Shown here: positions 28,401 to 41,879 of the stretch, piece after piece | Layout of the letters: every line of letters starts with the position of its first letter | Numbering within the stretch: the stretch's first letter is position 1 | Origin: Convolutriloba macropyga | Lineage: Eukaryota | Reading direction: 5' to 3' | DNA: 64,000 bases | NCBI RefSeq assembly: GCF_964194025.1 | Contig: NC_134480.1 | Location: forward strand, 25,854,001-25,918,000 | Program-made: the position numbers and the translations under genes | The notes under the pieces: generated by a model | The model's database searches: none | Seen by the model: only the letters and a program-made list of their open reading frames with translations | What the model was told of the DNA's origin: nothing

Positions 28401-30097
28401 CTTTTGGCTGCCTAGTCTATTCCAAGTTAGTGTTGTCGCTACATTTTAATTCAACCCGACACCAATATACCCAAATAATTTCTTCGGTTGCTCGCATTAA
28501 TTCAGTTTTGCTTTAATTCGGGTCCACAGAATTATTTACTGCCGTTTACTATATGAAATGTTGATCATAAGTTACTGTAACTAACTTTTTGATTCTTATT
28601 ATATTTTGTGCATTAATTATTTAATTTGGTCGATATTTTAAAGCTTTATTTTTTGTATATCTCCATATATTTATTCGTGTTATTTTTTTTTTCTCACGAG
28701 CCATATATTTTTCTGTTTGGAGAATATTACGCCATTATTTTTTCCATATCTGTTTTGTAACATTTAGATTTGCAAAATTGACTCATGCTCAGCGCAATAA
28801 AAGGCTGCATTGAAATGTAATGCCAAAATAACACTATACACTCACGCTATAATTTTGACTCATCCTTATAAATTTTGTTCCCGCAGCTATTGTATTATTT
28901 ATCCTTTGTTATTTAACAAGTTACTCATTTTTTGAGGGAATACTTTTCATTTATTACCTACGTATACTCGTTTTGTAACGCGTTTACTGCAACCAAGCAA
29001 AGGGACCGAACGACAAAAAATAACTGCAGAATTAACAGAATAACTACAAAGTGAAAAAATACTTGTAAATATATTTCAGCGCTCAAAGATGTTAAAATAC
29101 GAGTGTAGTAGTTACACTACCTGAAAGACCGTGTATACTAAAATCTTTTATCCCTCTCGGATTTATTCGTAAACAACGCGCCTCCGGTCTTTAATACCGG
29201 GAGTAAAATTTCAACATATTTTGCTCACTTTTCTTTTCATTATTTTTCACAAAACAATTCTTTCCCCATTTTTTAAATTTGTGGCGGCGACTCATTTTAT
29301 GCGTATACCGCTCATATAGGAGAGAGTTGACAATTGCCTTATTTATTCCACTGGTATATTTGTGTACTTTGTGGATTACTCACCGACTTCCAATTTTTTT
29401 CAGAAAACAAAGTAACTGAAATTTTTTTGCTTTCACTCCCTAAAAATCTTATTTCAACTATTCCTTCATTTAAGCAGTAAGCTATTGTGTGGTTTTCACA
29501 GGTAGGCGATTTGTTCAACGGGACATCGAATTCCTTCCCCGTTTTTTCTGCTTTACAATCATTATACATCTATATGGTGTTGACTACCCTGGATTTTGTT
29601 TATTCTTTCCCTCATTTGTTCAGTTTAGTTATCTGTTCACACGCATTACAGTCGCACCCTTTTCGACCCCTTCGTGTGGTTCATTTTCGCGTCTTTAATC
29701 TGAAGTTAGGAAACTGTTTACCTACTCACAAGAAAACGCTATCAACTTTCCAAACTTTGTTTTGAGTAATAGTTTGTTGTTATTGTTGCCACCATTTCGA
29801 GGCAACTTTATTTAAACAATTTGGATTTAAGCTTAATAAGCGCTAAGGTCCTTATGCAAAGATCAAATAGTTTTACATTTGTATTTAGAGCTTTTAGGCT
29901 CACGTGTGTACTAATTTGACCTAACTTTTACCAAATTAAAAATCTTTCACTTTAAAGATTCATTTCCTTGGACAATTTTTGTTCTTTTATTTGCCTCCGT
30001 TATTTCCTTTTGTTTCCTTTTTGTTCAATGCAAATTAGTCAAATTTCTACCTTGAAATCTGCCAAAGGTAATCAAAGCTGTCCATTATTTGAAGAAT

Positions 30098-33000
30098 ATG
30101 TTAGCCAGTCTTCAGCAACGATTAGTAGAATTAGCCCAACAACAGCAGCAGCAAAATAGAGATTACAATTCGGGTTCCAATAATCACTATTCCGCTGTTT
30201 TATCATCAATCGACCACCATCAAAGCCTTGTGAGAACCCACCTTCATATTAGCAACCCCGAGCCAGAGCGTAACCAGTACGTGGTATCCAGTCAAAGACA
30301 TGGACACGAGCGATATCGTCATTATCTCCATGAAGAAAACGGGCATCCTGCACGAGGAGGATGTGAGAAATCGGGTGTTAATGACGTCACTGGCAATAGG
30401 CGTGGCATGCCTGATGGGGTGGAAATTGCTGGAACTGTTTCATCAACTAATAACAATTTTGAGCCAATCACAGACCAGAAACTTGACACTGCCATGAGCC
30501 TCATCCGCAAAACGGTTCGTTCGTCTACAGACCTCGGCTTTTTAAAAGGACTTGAAAAATCTTGTGGGAAGGGGGTGGTCAATATTGGCTATAAATACAA
30601 GGCATAGCGTTTTTGTGGAGCTCAAGCCTAAAGTCTTTTCATGGACCGAGCCAGGATGGTGTTTTCATATATCACTTTTGGTCGAGCATGATCATTACAT
30701 AAAGCGAGGCTTCAATGAGATGAATTGATTTCTAACTCGAATCTTAATTTTGCAGAGTTGTGAAACATCTGTTTTGAAGCTTAAAAAGATGCATTGGGAA
30801 TTGTACTGCTGGCATTTATATGTGAAATAGGGTTTCGTTATAGAAACACTGTCAATTAGTGTTATAGCCATGTATTTTTTCAAATAGAATGTAATGACCA
30901 TTTGAAAGGATTCAATTCTGTACATTATTGTGTCATGATTAGCCCTCTCAAAATGTGAATTGAGATTGAAATTTTGTAAGAAAACACAAAGAGAGGAGAC
31001 TTAAAAATCAAAAAGTTTAATAATTTGAAATTTTTAAAACGTTATTTAATAAAGAAAATCTATCATTTTTTGTACTATATGACACATGACATTGTTTAGT
31101 TTTTATAAAGTGTAGTTTTGTTCTTCCAGATTGATTTTGTCAAATCGGAGTACGAGCTGGATTTGGTGATCCTCTCTTCGTTCACACCCTCTTCCATAAT
31201 CAACAGACACAACCCCCACCACTCCGCCCCTCCTCCCCCTCAGCACGTGAACGAGGCCAGTCCCATAGCTGGCTACTACTCCTCTAATGGGGTGGCTGCA
31301 GACTTCCTCCACACACCAGCTGGCAAGCACGTCATCTCATGTTGGCACCAGTTCTGCCAGGGAAATGCCAACTTTCCAATCAAGTCATCCGGAGTATCGC
31401 TAAGAGGTGAATCTAGTTGAGATTTTTCAAACTTCCATTGCTACTGCAAATCAGGATCTCTTAACCCGCCCCCTCCCAGACCCATTTAAGGACTTGACTT
31501 TTCATTAGGTGTGAAATGCTAATGAACGCTTTGCGTTGTCAATTATTTACGTAGTATTCTAAGAGGTTGGACCAGCAATTGCAATCAATAGATAGCGATA
31601 TAATTTTCAGTAAAAACAAAGGGATTGGATAAAACTTGTTCCATATTTCCTCCAGTTTTCATCGTAACCCATAAATAATTTTAAACCAACTGATTGAAAT
31701 GCCGTTTTTGATGTTTGTCAACAATTACTCATTTAAATAAACATTCCAAAGGAAAGAGCTGTTTGGTGGTCAGTTTAAGATCGTCAAAAAAAATGGAGCG
31801 AAGGCTATTCTTATAGCATTTTTTCTCTGTTGGCGCCAACTGGACTTACACCAACTAGATTTCAAACTGTGGCATATCCTATAACCGACTATCTTGCTGT
31901 TTCTTATTGCCCAAAGCTAAATCTCTTCAGCAAACTATACGCTGAACAAGTGGAGCTTCTTGTTAAACTTATATTCTGCTTAATTTGCATTTAGTTGTTC
32001 TCTCTTAACCGTCTAGCAGGTCTTGAGTTTCAATTCATCTATTCAAAAATTGTACCCAGCATTTGCAGTAATTTTTTTGATTTAATCTATTTAGACTCAG
32101 AAGATTACTTGCAATATGTTATGTGATTTGTAATATCCGTATTTATACANNNNNNNNNNNNNNNNNNNNNNNNNNNNNNNNNNNNNNNNNNNNNNNNNNN
32201 NNNNNNNNNNNNNNNNNNNNNNNNNNNNNNNNNNNNNNNNNNNNNNNNNNNNNNNNNNNNNNNNNNNNNNNNNNNNNNNNNNNNNNNNNNNNNNNNNNNN
32301 NNNNNNNNNNNNNNNNNNNNNNATCTTGGTTTTTCCCCACTTAGATTGGGTTCGATTTTGATTTAGGTTTTCAAGATGGATCCCATCCTGAAGGATTGTA
32401 GGAGTATCCGAATTTTGACATTGCTTCTGGCTAAAAGAATTTTGTCATTTCTCTTGAGAATGTTTTGGGATTCATCAGAGGCGTTTACCAGGAAAGCTTG
32501 TAGTAGAATAAAAGTGCATTGTTATGCTTCGCGACACGAAGAGAAAGATTCCCCACATCGCTTCTGATGTTCAATCTGATGTTGTTTTGCTTGAAATGTC
32601 AGTTCGTGGTCAGCGCGATTTCTAAAAGAAAATGTCATAAGCTTGATCGTCGTGAAATTAAAATTCATTTTGTTTTCCAGGCGATAGCACTATCAGTATC
32701 AGTTTGTAGATTTGATTGAAACGTTTCAGAGCCAACACGTTTTGGTCTTCCGCATACATAAACTTTAATTCAAGAGTACTTCAGGTGTTTATCATTTATA
32801 TAAACCGAGAACAGAAAGACGACAAAAATAGACCATTGTGGTCAAACAATGGTTACGATCAGATAATTCGACGCAAACTTTGAAACATCTACTTGTTGTT
32901 GCCTGGCTAAAAGATTCCATTTGAAGCATAGGAGGAACATTAAATCAAAACCATATTGAGGTTTTTTGTGGATAATTATTTTGAAACTAATTGGACTTCA

Positions 33001-36000
33001 GGTGTTTATCATTTATATAAACCGAGAACAGAAAGACGACAAAAATAGACCATTGTGGTCAAACAATGGTTACGATCAGATAATTCGACGCAAACTTTGA
33101 AACATCTACTTGTTGTTGCCTGGCTAAAAGATTCCATTTGAAGCATAGGAGGAACATTAAATCAAAACCATATTGAGGTTTTTGTGGATAATTATTTTGA
33201 AACTAATTGTGTCGAACGCTTTTGCTATATCGAGGGAGACAGATTTTGGTTTATTTTTGTCCTCTAGCCCTAGAATACAATTTTTCACAACAAGGAATTA
33301 TGGTTGAACTATACTATTTTTTCTTTGACTTCAAGGCTTCCCTTCTTCTACAAAGTTCACAATCATGTTTATAATACGGAATTAAAATAAAGAAACTTTC
33401 AACTGGCGAAATGATTTTAAAAGAGGGTCACTCAAGTTTAAACTCGAATTTTGCAAACCATTTGCTCTTATGGTTCAAAGTCGTTTTCTGTTTGTTGTGA
33501 AAAGTTATGGAATCAGCTTCCTCACAATTTGCGTAAGGAAACTAACTTTCAAACGTTCTAATCAGATCTGAAAACAAGCTTGTTACGAACAGCCTTCAAC
33601 GCTTAATCAAAACTAACGAAATTGTACCCGGACTAAATTTGACATATTATGTTATACTCTGAATATTATGTTATACTCTAAAATTTTTAATGCAAAATGC
33701 GTGGTTGAAGAATGCTTGCTCAAAATGTTTACAGTAATTTATTCTATGGTGAGTTTGTTCAAAACTGTTCTGAGTTTTAGTGTTTTCATCTTAATTTCAA
33801 CCTCAGGTTTTACGAAAGATGAAGCCAATTAGTTTGTTGGCTGGTTTAAGATTAAACTTGGTCCAGTTGTTGTTTGAACAGAACTGCCAATTGGAGCCTC
33901 AGTGTGCTTAAATTTCTCACTTGTTTTTCTTGGTTTCACAGCAAAGATCCATTCATTCTACGGCTATAGGTAAAATGACCAGTTAAAAATTTCATTATTT
34001 TAGTTCCGTATTCTAAATATGATTGTGAACGATTGTTGAAGTTATGAACTCTTGAAGTCAAGAATAATTCATGAGTCAAATTCATAATTTTTTTTCTGTG
34101 GATAAAATACTTTGAATAAAATTGAAAAGCAAGAAGGCTTCAGATGAATAAATCCAAAATCCATTAATTCAAAATCCCGATGCTGCGTCTCAAATAAACA
34201 TATACCTCTGATCAAGAATTCTGTAATTTTTTTTTCAGACGCTTTTATTTTTTGTCATGGTTTTTGTTCATCTGATTTTATCATTTTTGACAAAGTTCAT
34301 TAAAATGTTTTAATCACAGAAACGAATAGTTTGAATGAAAGTTAGGTTTCTCTGTCCGTTAGCCATTGACACATAATTCTGAAACCTGCTTCCGTTTGTG
34401 TAAGCGTTTGTGTCACTTCCAGAGAAATCGTTGGACATTGTAATTGTTTTTGTGATATTTTGAAAACGTTTTTTTAAAAAAGTCTTCATCTTGCTTTCAA
34501 CTGTTTCTTTCATTTTGTTTCCATTGTTGCGATTCGGGGTTCAGCCACGATACTTTTGGCAGAGTCCCATGCACTTTCGGTTTTTTTGTAAACCAAATTA
34601 AAGCTAAAATACAATTTTTTGGCACCCAATGAGAGGGGAGATGCAACCTAAGATTCGGACAAAAACACACTTTTATATCACCCAATGAGTGAGGTGGTTG
34701 AAAACTGATACAATATCATCTTTCAAATTCAGAGAGAGCGAATCTACAGAGAGAATGAATCGAGTTCTTTTTTCGTAGAAACGGAACATTGACAATAATT
34801 TGGCTTAATCGACATAAACTGTCTCGACCTATTGACCTAACTGTCTCGAGTTACCAAATTGATTAATTATTCAGAATTTTTCTTGTAGACAAAGTTGATT
34901 TTCTCAAAAAATAATTGCCTCCCTTTTTAATTCAAACCGAAGGAACGAGCTAATCTGGTTAATGTATACCCTGGCGGACAAGTTCAAACATTTAATCAAA
35001 TTTCCTTTTGTCTGCTGTATTTGTCATTACTTTGTGATTTCACTTTGTGGGGTTGCAAAACATCACCCAAATTGTTTATGTTTGTTGTATATGTTCTATC
35101 GTACACTAAGCACTTCCGCAATCTGTTTTTCCATCTTCCACTTATGAGCTGTTTGTTACTAGGAGTGGTGCCTGGTTTTTCCCCTTTACTTCCCTGGTTT
35201 CTTCCCCCTTTTTTCTTCCGCACTTTGAGCTGCACCTCATTTCCTGCCGTTACCGCTTTATCACTTTTTATCCCCTCAAGACGGATTTTGTCAGGCTGCA
35301 GTTGTCGCTCGAGTATTTCGTTGTACATGGTCTATCTATTGATTCTCGTACGTAAACAGGCTGCTTTGTATCGACACGGTTGGAAGAAGGGATAACAGAC
35401 TAATGAGGAAGCAACAACAACAGCAGCAGCAGCAGTTGGGAATGAACTGCGATATGAGTCAGAGAGTACAATTTAGTCACGTGTTAGGTGGCAGTTGTAG
35501 TAGTGACGTATAGTGATGCTTACCTACACACCCAATTTATTCATACCTCTTCCCTCTCCCTCTTTTCCTATTCCTCGTGTGCTCGTTCGCCGCTTCTCAA
35601 TTATGTATATGCTGGTCTGGAAAAGCGAACAAAAAGACCAGGCTACCGGAATACTATTCTAGTAGTGTAGTTGCGTTAGTAGCGAAAGAACGAGTGAGGG
35701 GGGGGGGGGGCTGGCGGCGGCAGTGAATTGTTTATTTTGTTTGTTGTTGCATCATCCCTACGATTGCGTATTAATCCTCTCATTTTATGGTGTGGGAATT
35801 AGTTTGCCCTTATCATAGTTAGTACTACATTTGCACTGCGGGAAAGGTAGTAGAATAAAAGATGGAAAATTGTTATTCAGCCGTCTTGTAGTATATAGTT
35901 GAAAAGATATAGTAAATCTCTTTCCAGGCATCACTCGGTATAGGGAAATAAAATAGAGGGTATATTTATTTTGTGTGGTTTTATGAGTCAAAGTTGGTCG

Positions 36001-39000
36001 AGGATCAATTCTTTCCTCTTTTTAATTTTATGGTTGGGTATGTATCACCACCGTCACGTGGGTAGAACATGACACATACCCACTCAGTGTGAATATATTC
36101 CACCCCTTTTTCGGGCCTACTCTTTGATGATTCAAGCGATCTTTTCAATTCACTTTTTATGGTCTCTTAATAACTAAAATGATGCCAAGAATGACATATT
36201 GAATATTTTTGATCATGTTATTGCAAAGTTGTGCTAACTTTTCCCCGAAAAAATTGAAATTTGTATCTAAGGGGGGGGGGGGGGGGGGGGGGGTTTGATT
36301 GATCTAGTAGCCGACGGTAGCATATTCCCATCCGACATAGAGTTTTGTATATTGTTTGTAGCAAAATAAAACAATTATGGATTATGTTGATTGCTTCCAA
36401 TCAATGTCGAAACATTTTGAGATTTTTTGCAGTGGGCTTGGAATCTTTGCTTTTATGCAAATTTCTTTTAAACAATTTAAGCTATATTTTTAGTTCTTAC
36501 ATTTGAAGTTCATAATGCTTTAACTGAAATTATTACTTGAAAACCTCATTTTTGTACCTCTCTCTCAATCAAAATGTCTCTCATTAATGATGCAATGTCA
36601 TTTTGCGACAGCTTTGGTCTGCAATGTTTATTGCCAACATCTTCAAATATATTAAAGCGCGCTTATTGCAATGCGACCATAATTTAAAATGCAAGTTATT
36701 TCCTTTTTGTAAAAACAACACAGATTTCTAACGCAATGTTTCAATTGTTTACGTGGTATATACAATATTTATGACAAATGTTGGTACTCATCGTATGAGT
36801 AATGCGGCTTTATAACACAAAACTGACTCATAACGTGAGTGAGTGTAAATATGGTATTAGATAGTTAGTTGGTGGGGGGAATGAAATAGCGGACGCCACC
36901 ATCATAACCACTCTTATTTAAATTGTGCAAATTTTCTACATTGTTGACATGTCTGCCTATGTTATGATAACATTTTTAATGCGCCCACTAATTAGCTGTC
37001 TAAACAAAGTTAATTAGATCATCGTGTTGGGTTTAATTAATTGGGAGCGAGGGGGGTCATCTCCAATTAAATAAATTCCTTGTTGTTTGTCTTTTGTTTT
37101 GGATGTGAAGCGAAGGAATCTAACAAAATAGGGAAAATATATTGAACACAAATTCTAGAAGTGCTGGCGGAGGGGGGTGTTGGTTGGTACTGATAGAAAT
37201 ACAAAATAGAAACTACAACAAACGATGTACAGCGTTGATTTAAATTATAACTAAATAATTTAGTAATCAAATTCTATATTCTTACATAGACCACAGTTTG
37301 ACACTAAATCCAGGTTGACAGCAGACATTTTAGGTAAGGAATAATTTCTAAGTTAATTGGGACAATGGTCTATGAGAAGTTTTCACTTGGTCGCAAATTG
37401 GGCTAAAAGAGTTCTTTTTATGTCAAACCGCAGAAGAGAGCCGGCTCTAAGAACGCCTCATGACCTCTTTTGCAATTATATCTAGGAACCATTTATGGTA
37501 ACATAGAAGCCCAAAAAATTCCCATCTATGAATTCATAAATTTGGCATGTAAGTGGCCTTGGAAAGACATGGTTGCAATTTTGAAATCACAAACTTAAAG
37601 CGCTGAAAGTTGTCGGGATTAAACCTTTTCTTCCACAACAAGAACTCCAAAGTACTACAGCTTCTGAACCTTTAATAGAGTACCTAATGTTCCAAAAAGA
37701 AGCAATTATCTAATGTGTAGTTTAAATTAATTCTTCATGATAAAGTGGTAAAATAAAAGAGGAAATGATAACAATTAGGGGTGAAAAATTGAGACACCTT
37801 CTTCAATTATGAGCGAATAGTTTAGTAGTAGAATCAGATGATCAAAGCGTGAATAATTTCAGTTGCATTAGTCTTCTGTTCAAATATCACCATTCTTTAT
37901 AAATCGTGATTCTTTCATATCTTGCGGCTTTTCCATGAATTTCGTTTCATCCCTCTCGAGACTCAGGAAATGATCTGAGCAGGTCATTGTAATAAGTTTG
38001 GAGCCTTTATTGATTATAGCTGTCTTAAATACGTAAAAATCAATTGACAATTAACTTGGTTAACACGATATTGTCATCAACACAACAGATTACCAATTTA
38101 TTTAATCTAATATCAGCAGTCCGTTTCTTTTCTTCACAAGAAATAGGCCTCCTACAACATGCTTTTGTTCTCCCCACTTAGGTCAGGTAAGAACGAAAAC
38201 TTGTGATCTTAGGCATTAACTTAGCTAGAGGGCTTTCTTCTGGATACATAATGTAGTTTTTCGGGTTGATGACCTTTTCAATTTGAGCCCATTTGAAGTT
38301 GCTAGCACCATCGTCAATTTGATTTTAGTTTGATGCCCCCACTCATTGGGTGACAAAACGTCAGAGCTCTAATAATTGGCGTTAAAATTTGTGGCCCCTG
38401 CTGATTGGGTGACTTATAAAATAGATTTTTGAATCCATGCCAGCAGACATTTAGTCTACAAGTACGCTGCACTCTCAAGTTTCGTGATAAATATTTGATA
38501 ACTTCTATCCGATTACAACTAGCTGTCTTAAATTGGTTTTTTTTCCTTCAGAAGATGAGAGCCAATCAGTGAGCTTGATTCTACCAGTTCCAGTCAGACC
38601 TATGAGTGTCTCGCCGACTTCCTCAGTCGAAAGCGGAGAGTCCCTCGATTCCAACGAGAACATGATCCTCTCTTCACATTCGGTCAGAAAACGACCCAAA
38701 AACTTCCTCGTCAACTCTCTCATGACTGCCACAACCAAGAGACGACGAGCATCTATCAGCCAATCAGAAACTGCCAAGTCATCCGAAACGGCATCGACAA
38801 TGACGTCATCAAGTGAACATCATGTTACGTCATCGTCGGGCGGAAATTTCAATGATCCAGTGCCGAGTTCGAGTTCCAGACATCTGGATTTATCATCATC
38901 GAATGTAAATGTTTTCGAAAACAGTCTTCAGCCAGATTTGAGTGACGGACAAGTTTTGGATTTGTCGACTACCAACACCCCCACGACACCACCGCCAGAA

Positions 39001-40818
39001 TTCGACAACCCCTCGGACGCGTTTGGTCTATTAGCCTCAATTAAAGAGGAAGAGAACATGATATCACCGGACAAGCTCAAACGTCTTAGAGACCCAGTTG
39101 TTGAATCCGAGGAGTCCAAGCCAGATCTGGATACAATTCGGTTACCAAAATCAGGCGTGGACGAGCTAATAAGTGCTGCTGGACGCAGTGGAGTAGATGG
39201 TCAGAATACGACTAGGACTAGAGACGAGCTCAAGAATTTCATAAGAACTCGTGAGTAAAATATAGTCGATTTTTATTGCATATTCTAATGTTTGAAGGGT
39301 TTTGAAGTTCCTTCGATAAAGAGTTTCTTCAATGAACCTTTTGATAAAGAGTAGCAGACATTTTTGTTGAAAAATTGCGAAATACTTGAATGCATTTTTG
39401 TATCTATTCAACTATTTTTCGTCTCTGTTTCATTCAACAAACTCTAATTGAAAATAGTAAGAATTGTGATTTTTCAGATGGTCCTATCAAGAAACGAAGT
39501 GCCTCTTTGAGTTCCGAGAGCGACTGTTACAGACGAGCATCTTTCACAACCTCGTCTCTTGTCAAAGATGAGCTCGACAGTCAAGGAGGAGAACCGGGCG
39601 ACACCTCGTTATCCCCATCATCGTCCACTCTCGGGGAATCCTCCATGAAGCAGTCGGCAGTTGCGGGGACATTGATGTCCTCGACACCCGGTTCCTCGTC
39701 TTCTGTTATCTCTGACAGTGACTCTCTTTGGTCTTGTCCGAAGTGTAGTAAAGTAATGAAGAAGAAATGCAGCTACAGACATATTAAAGAAGTGCATGGA
39801 GCTAATAGGGAAAACGTACAATGTCCAGTTTGCTACAGGTAGGAATAATCAAAACAGAAGAATTTAGATTTTAATATATCAAAGTTGTTATAAACAAATC
39901 AGCGTCCGCAAACTGTTACTTTTCTATATAGATTCAATATGTCTGACTTTTACTGTTTTTTTAAACACGATTTTGCGATGCGGCCAACCCCCGAAGAATT
40001 GGTACATTTTTCTGAAAAACAATGTGATTTTTCATCTCTCTGAAATTTTCAATCTGAATTTAGCAATGATAACGGTGCAAGACATATAAACGTTTTTATC
40101 ATCCATTAACAACGCTTCGTTGTAACTAACCAAATGCCTCTCTTAAAAAAACCTTGGATGGCAAATACTTAATGAACATGTATTTCTTTTCAGGACCTTC
40201 ACTCGAAAATACACTCTCGTGTTACATTGTCGCAACGTACATCCGGAACTAGAGGTGACCAATGCCACCGAGTTTCCCACACGACCGGCAGAAGAGGTGC
40301 AGCGTGAACAGATGCTCAAAAGACAAAGCCGAGTGAAAGACGAATCCCGAGTGGACTCAACGGAAACACCCGACTCTGCTTTCTCAGGAAGCGAAACGTC
40401 GTCCGGAATACTATCGCGAAACACGGGAACCCCTAGTGAATATGAGAGTACCTCATTAAACGCAAACCCAGCCCTGAATTCCAGTCCCGAATCCCAGTTA
40501 ATGCTCAACAAGCATTTATCGCTTCTGGCTAACTCCCCGAATACTGCCCAACAACTCTTAGGAGCTCTACAACAAGAAGAACAACAGTTGTTAAATCTCT
40601 TACAAAAAAGTCCGCGGGCCAGAATTGAACCAGTGCCGACGGCTGAGCTTAATACGACACCATCACCGCTTAGAAGCCAAGAAGCAAGTCGGAATCTTAT
40701 TAACCATGGACTACTGAACCCTCAATTGAACTCATTGGAACTTAGTTTGAAGTTAGCTCAACTTGAAAGAAGCCAACACAGACAGTTAGAAATGTTGGCA
40801 ACTTCTCAAGATATGTAA
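30098..40818 (+). CDS. Two-finger C2H2 zinc-finger transcription factor, probable repressor (5 predicted exons)
   Basis: Exons 30098-30514, 31130-31406, 38552-39250, 39478-39838 and 40194-40818 have phase-compatible GT-AG joins. Splicing rebuilds CPKCSKVMKKKCSYRHIKEVH and CPVCYR|TFTRKYTLVLHCRNVH. The last three exons are solid; linkage of the first two across the 7-kb gap-containing intron is less certain. Confidence 0.75.
32150..32322. other. Assembly gap (N run)
   Basis: Run of n characters. Confidence 1.
32778..33209. repeat. Near-perfect 217-bp tandem duplication
   Basis: 32778-32993 and 32995-33209 differ visibly only by one T in a homopolymer. Confidence 0.9.
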
Positions 40819-41879
40819 ATAAATAGCATCAGTTTCATAAAAAATCGTGCAATATTTTTGTTCACATTCTAGTCACGCGATAGGCCAACTTGAGCTCATC
40901 TCAGTTCCATTTTGGTCAAAATAATGCAGAGAGTTTTGAACGTTAAAAATTTGAGCGTATTTGAGTGCAAAAGCTATTTAATATCAGATTAGATTAGAAA
41001 GTTTGTACAAATAATTTTTCTGTTTTATAATAGTGGTTTTGTAATTTTATACCTGATCTTAATTTGTGTTACAACTTCTGTGAAGTGCTATTAATTAATC
41101 ATTCAATCTTTATCAAAGTGTTGCTTTAACTGAAACAGTGTCCTACTTTACTTTTACTGTCATTTGCTTATTTATATATATGAACTATGTCTTCTTTTAT
41201 CCTTTCGGTCGTCTCATTTTTCTGCAATTTGAAAAAAAAACATTCAAAGTCTTATTTTCGCGGAGAGAATAGAAAAGTTGTACAGAAGGCTCAATATTTT
41301 ATTTTTGATCAAAGACATTTGTTTATGTCATTTTCTGATACTGCTGCAAATCAAGGTTAGAGGTTCGGTAAAGGAAATTTAGGATTTAACATTAAAGAAA
41401 ATTTTCTGCTTTTAAACTAAGCAAGCTATGTCGAGCAACAAAACATTAAAATAAGTTCTACAATTTTTATCCGTTTGAATATTTTCTCACCCTAGCGGTA
41501 GGTTTATTACTTTCCTGTCAATTTTGGCCCATAGCTAAATTTCACTTAAAAATAATACATGTTTAAGTAAAATGGAAGATAATTTTTTCACTTTTTCAGA
41601 GCTTTTCGATGATTAAATTTGCAACAGTTATCAGCAGTTTGTAAACTTTGCATTTTTTCAGTTGAGAATTTTCCGAATCCATTTTTTCACATAGGTTTAA
41701 CATTTTATGAGTATAAAATTCTTGACATGTGGGGTTAATAAATCTTTTCACTTGGTTCAATCAATAGTTTCGAAGTACTGTGAAATTATAGAAATTCTTC
41801 AGTCGAAATTCTTTAATTGAAGGTTTAAGAAATTAGAATATTTTAAGGAAACACCGAGATTAAATTAAAATTTGTGATT

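Noticed and set aside
30515-30607. 30089-30607 as a standalone single-exon gene
   Set aside because: A phase-0 donor at 30515 matches the acceptor at 31129, so it was modelled as exon 1; this remains unconfirmed.
32123-32344. ORFs spanning the N run
   Set aside because: Artefacts of the assembly gap.
32778-33209. 217-bp duplication as a biological signal
   Set aside because: Near-identical and close to a gap, so it may be an assembly overlap.
34996-35395. 110-aa minus and 124-aa plus ORFs in the zinc-finger gene intron
   Set aside because: No recognisable domain and no convincing splice partners; cannot be supported without expression data.
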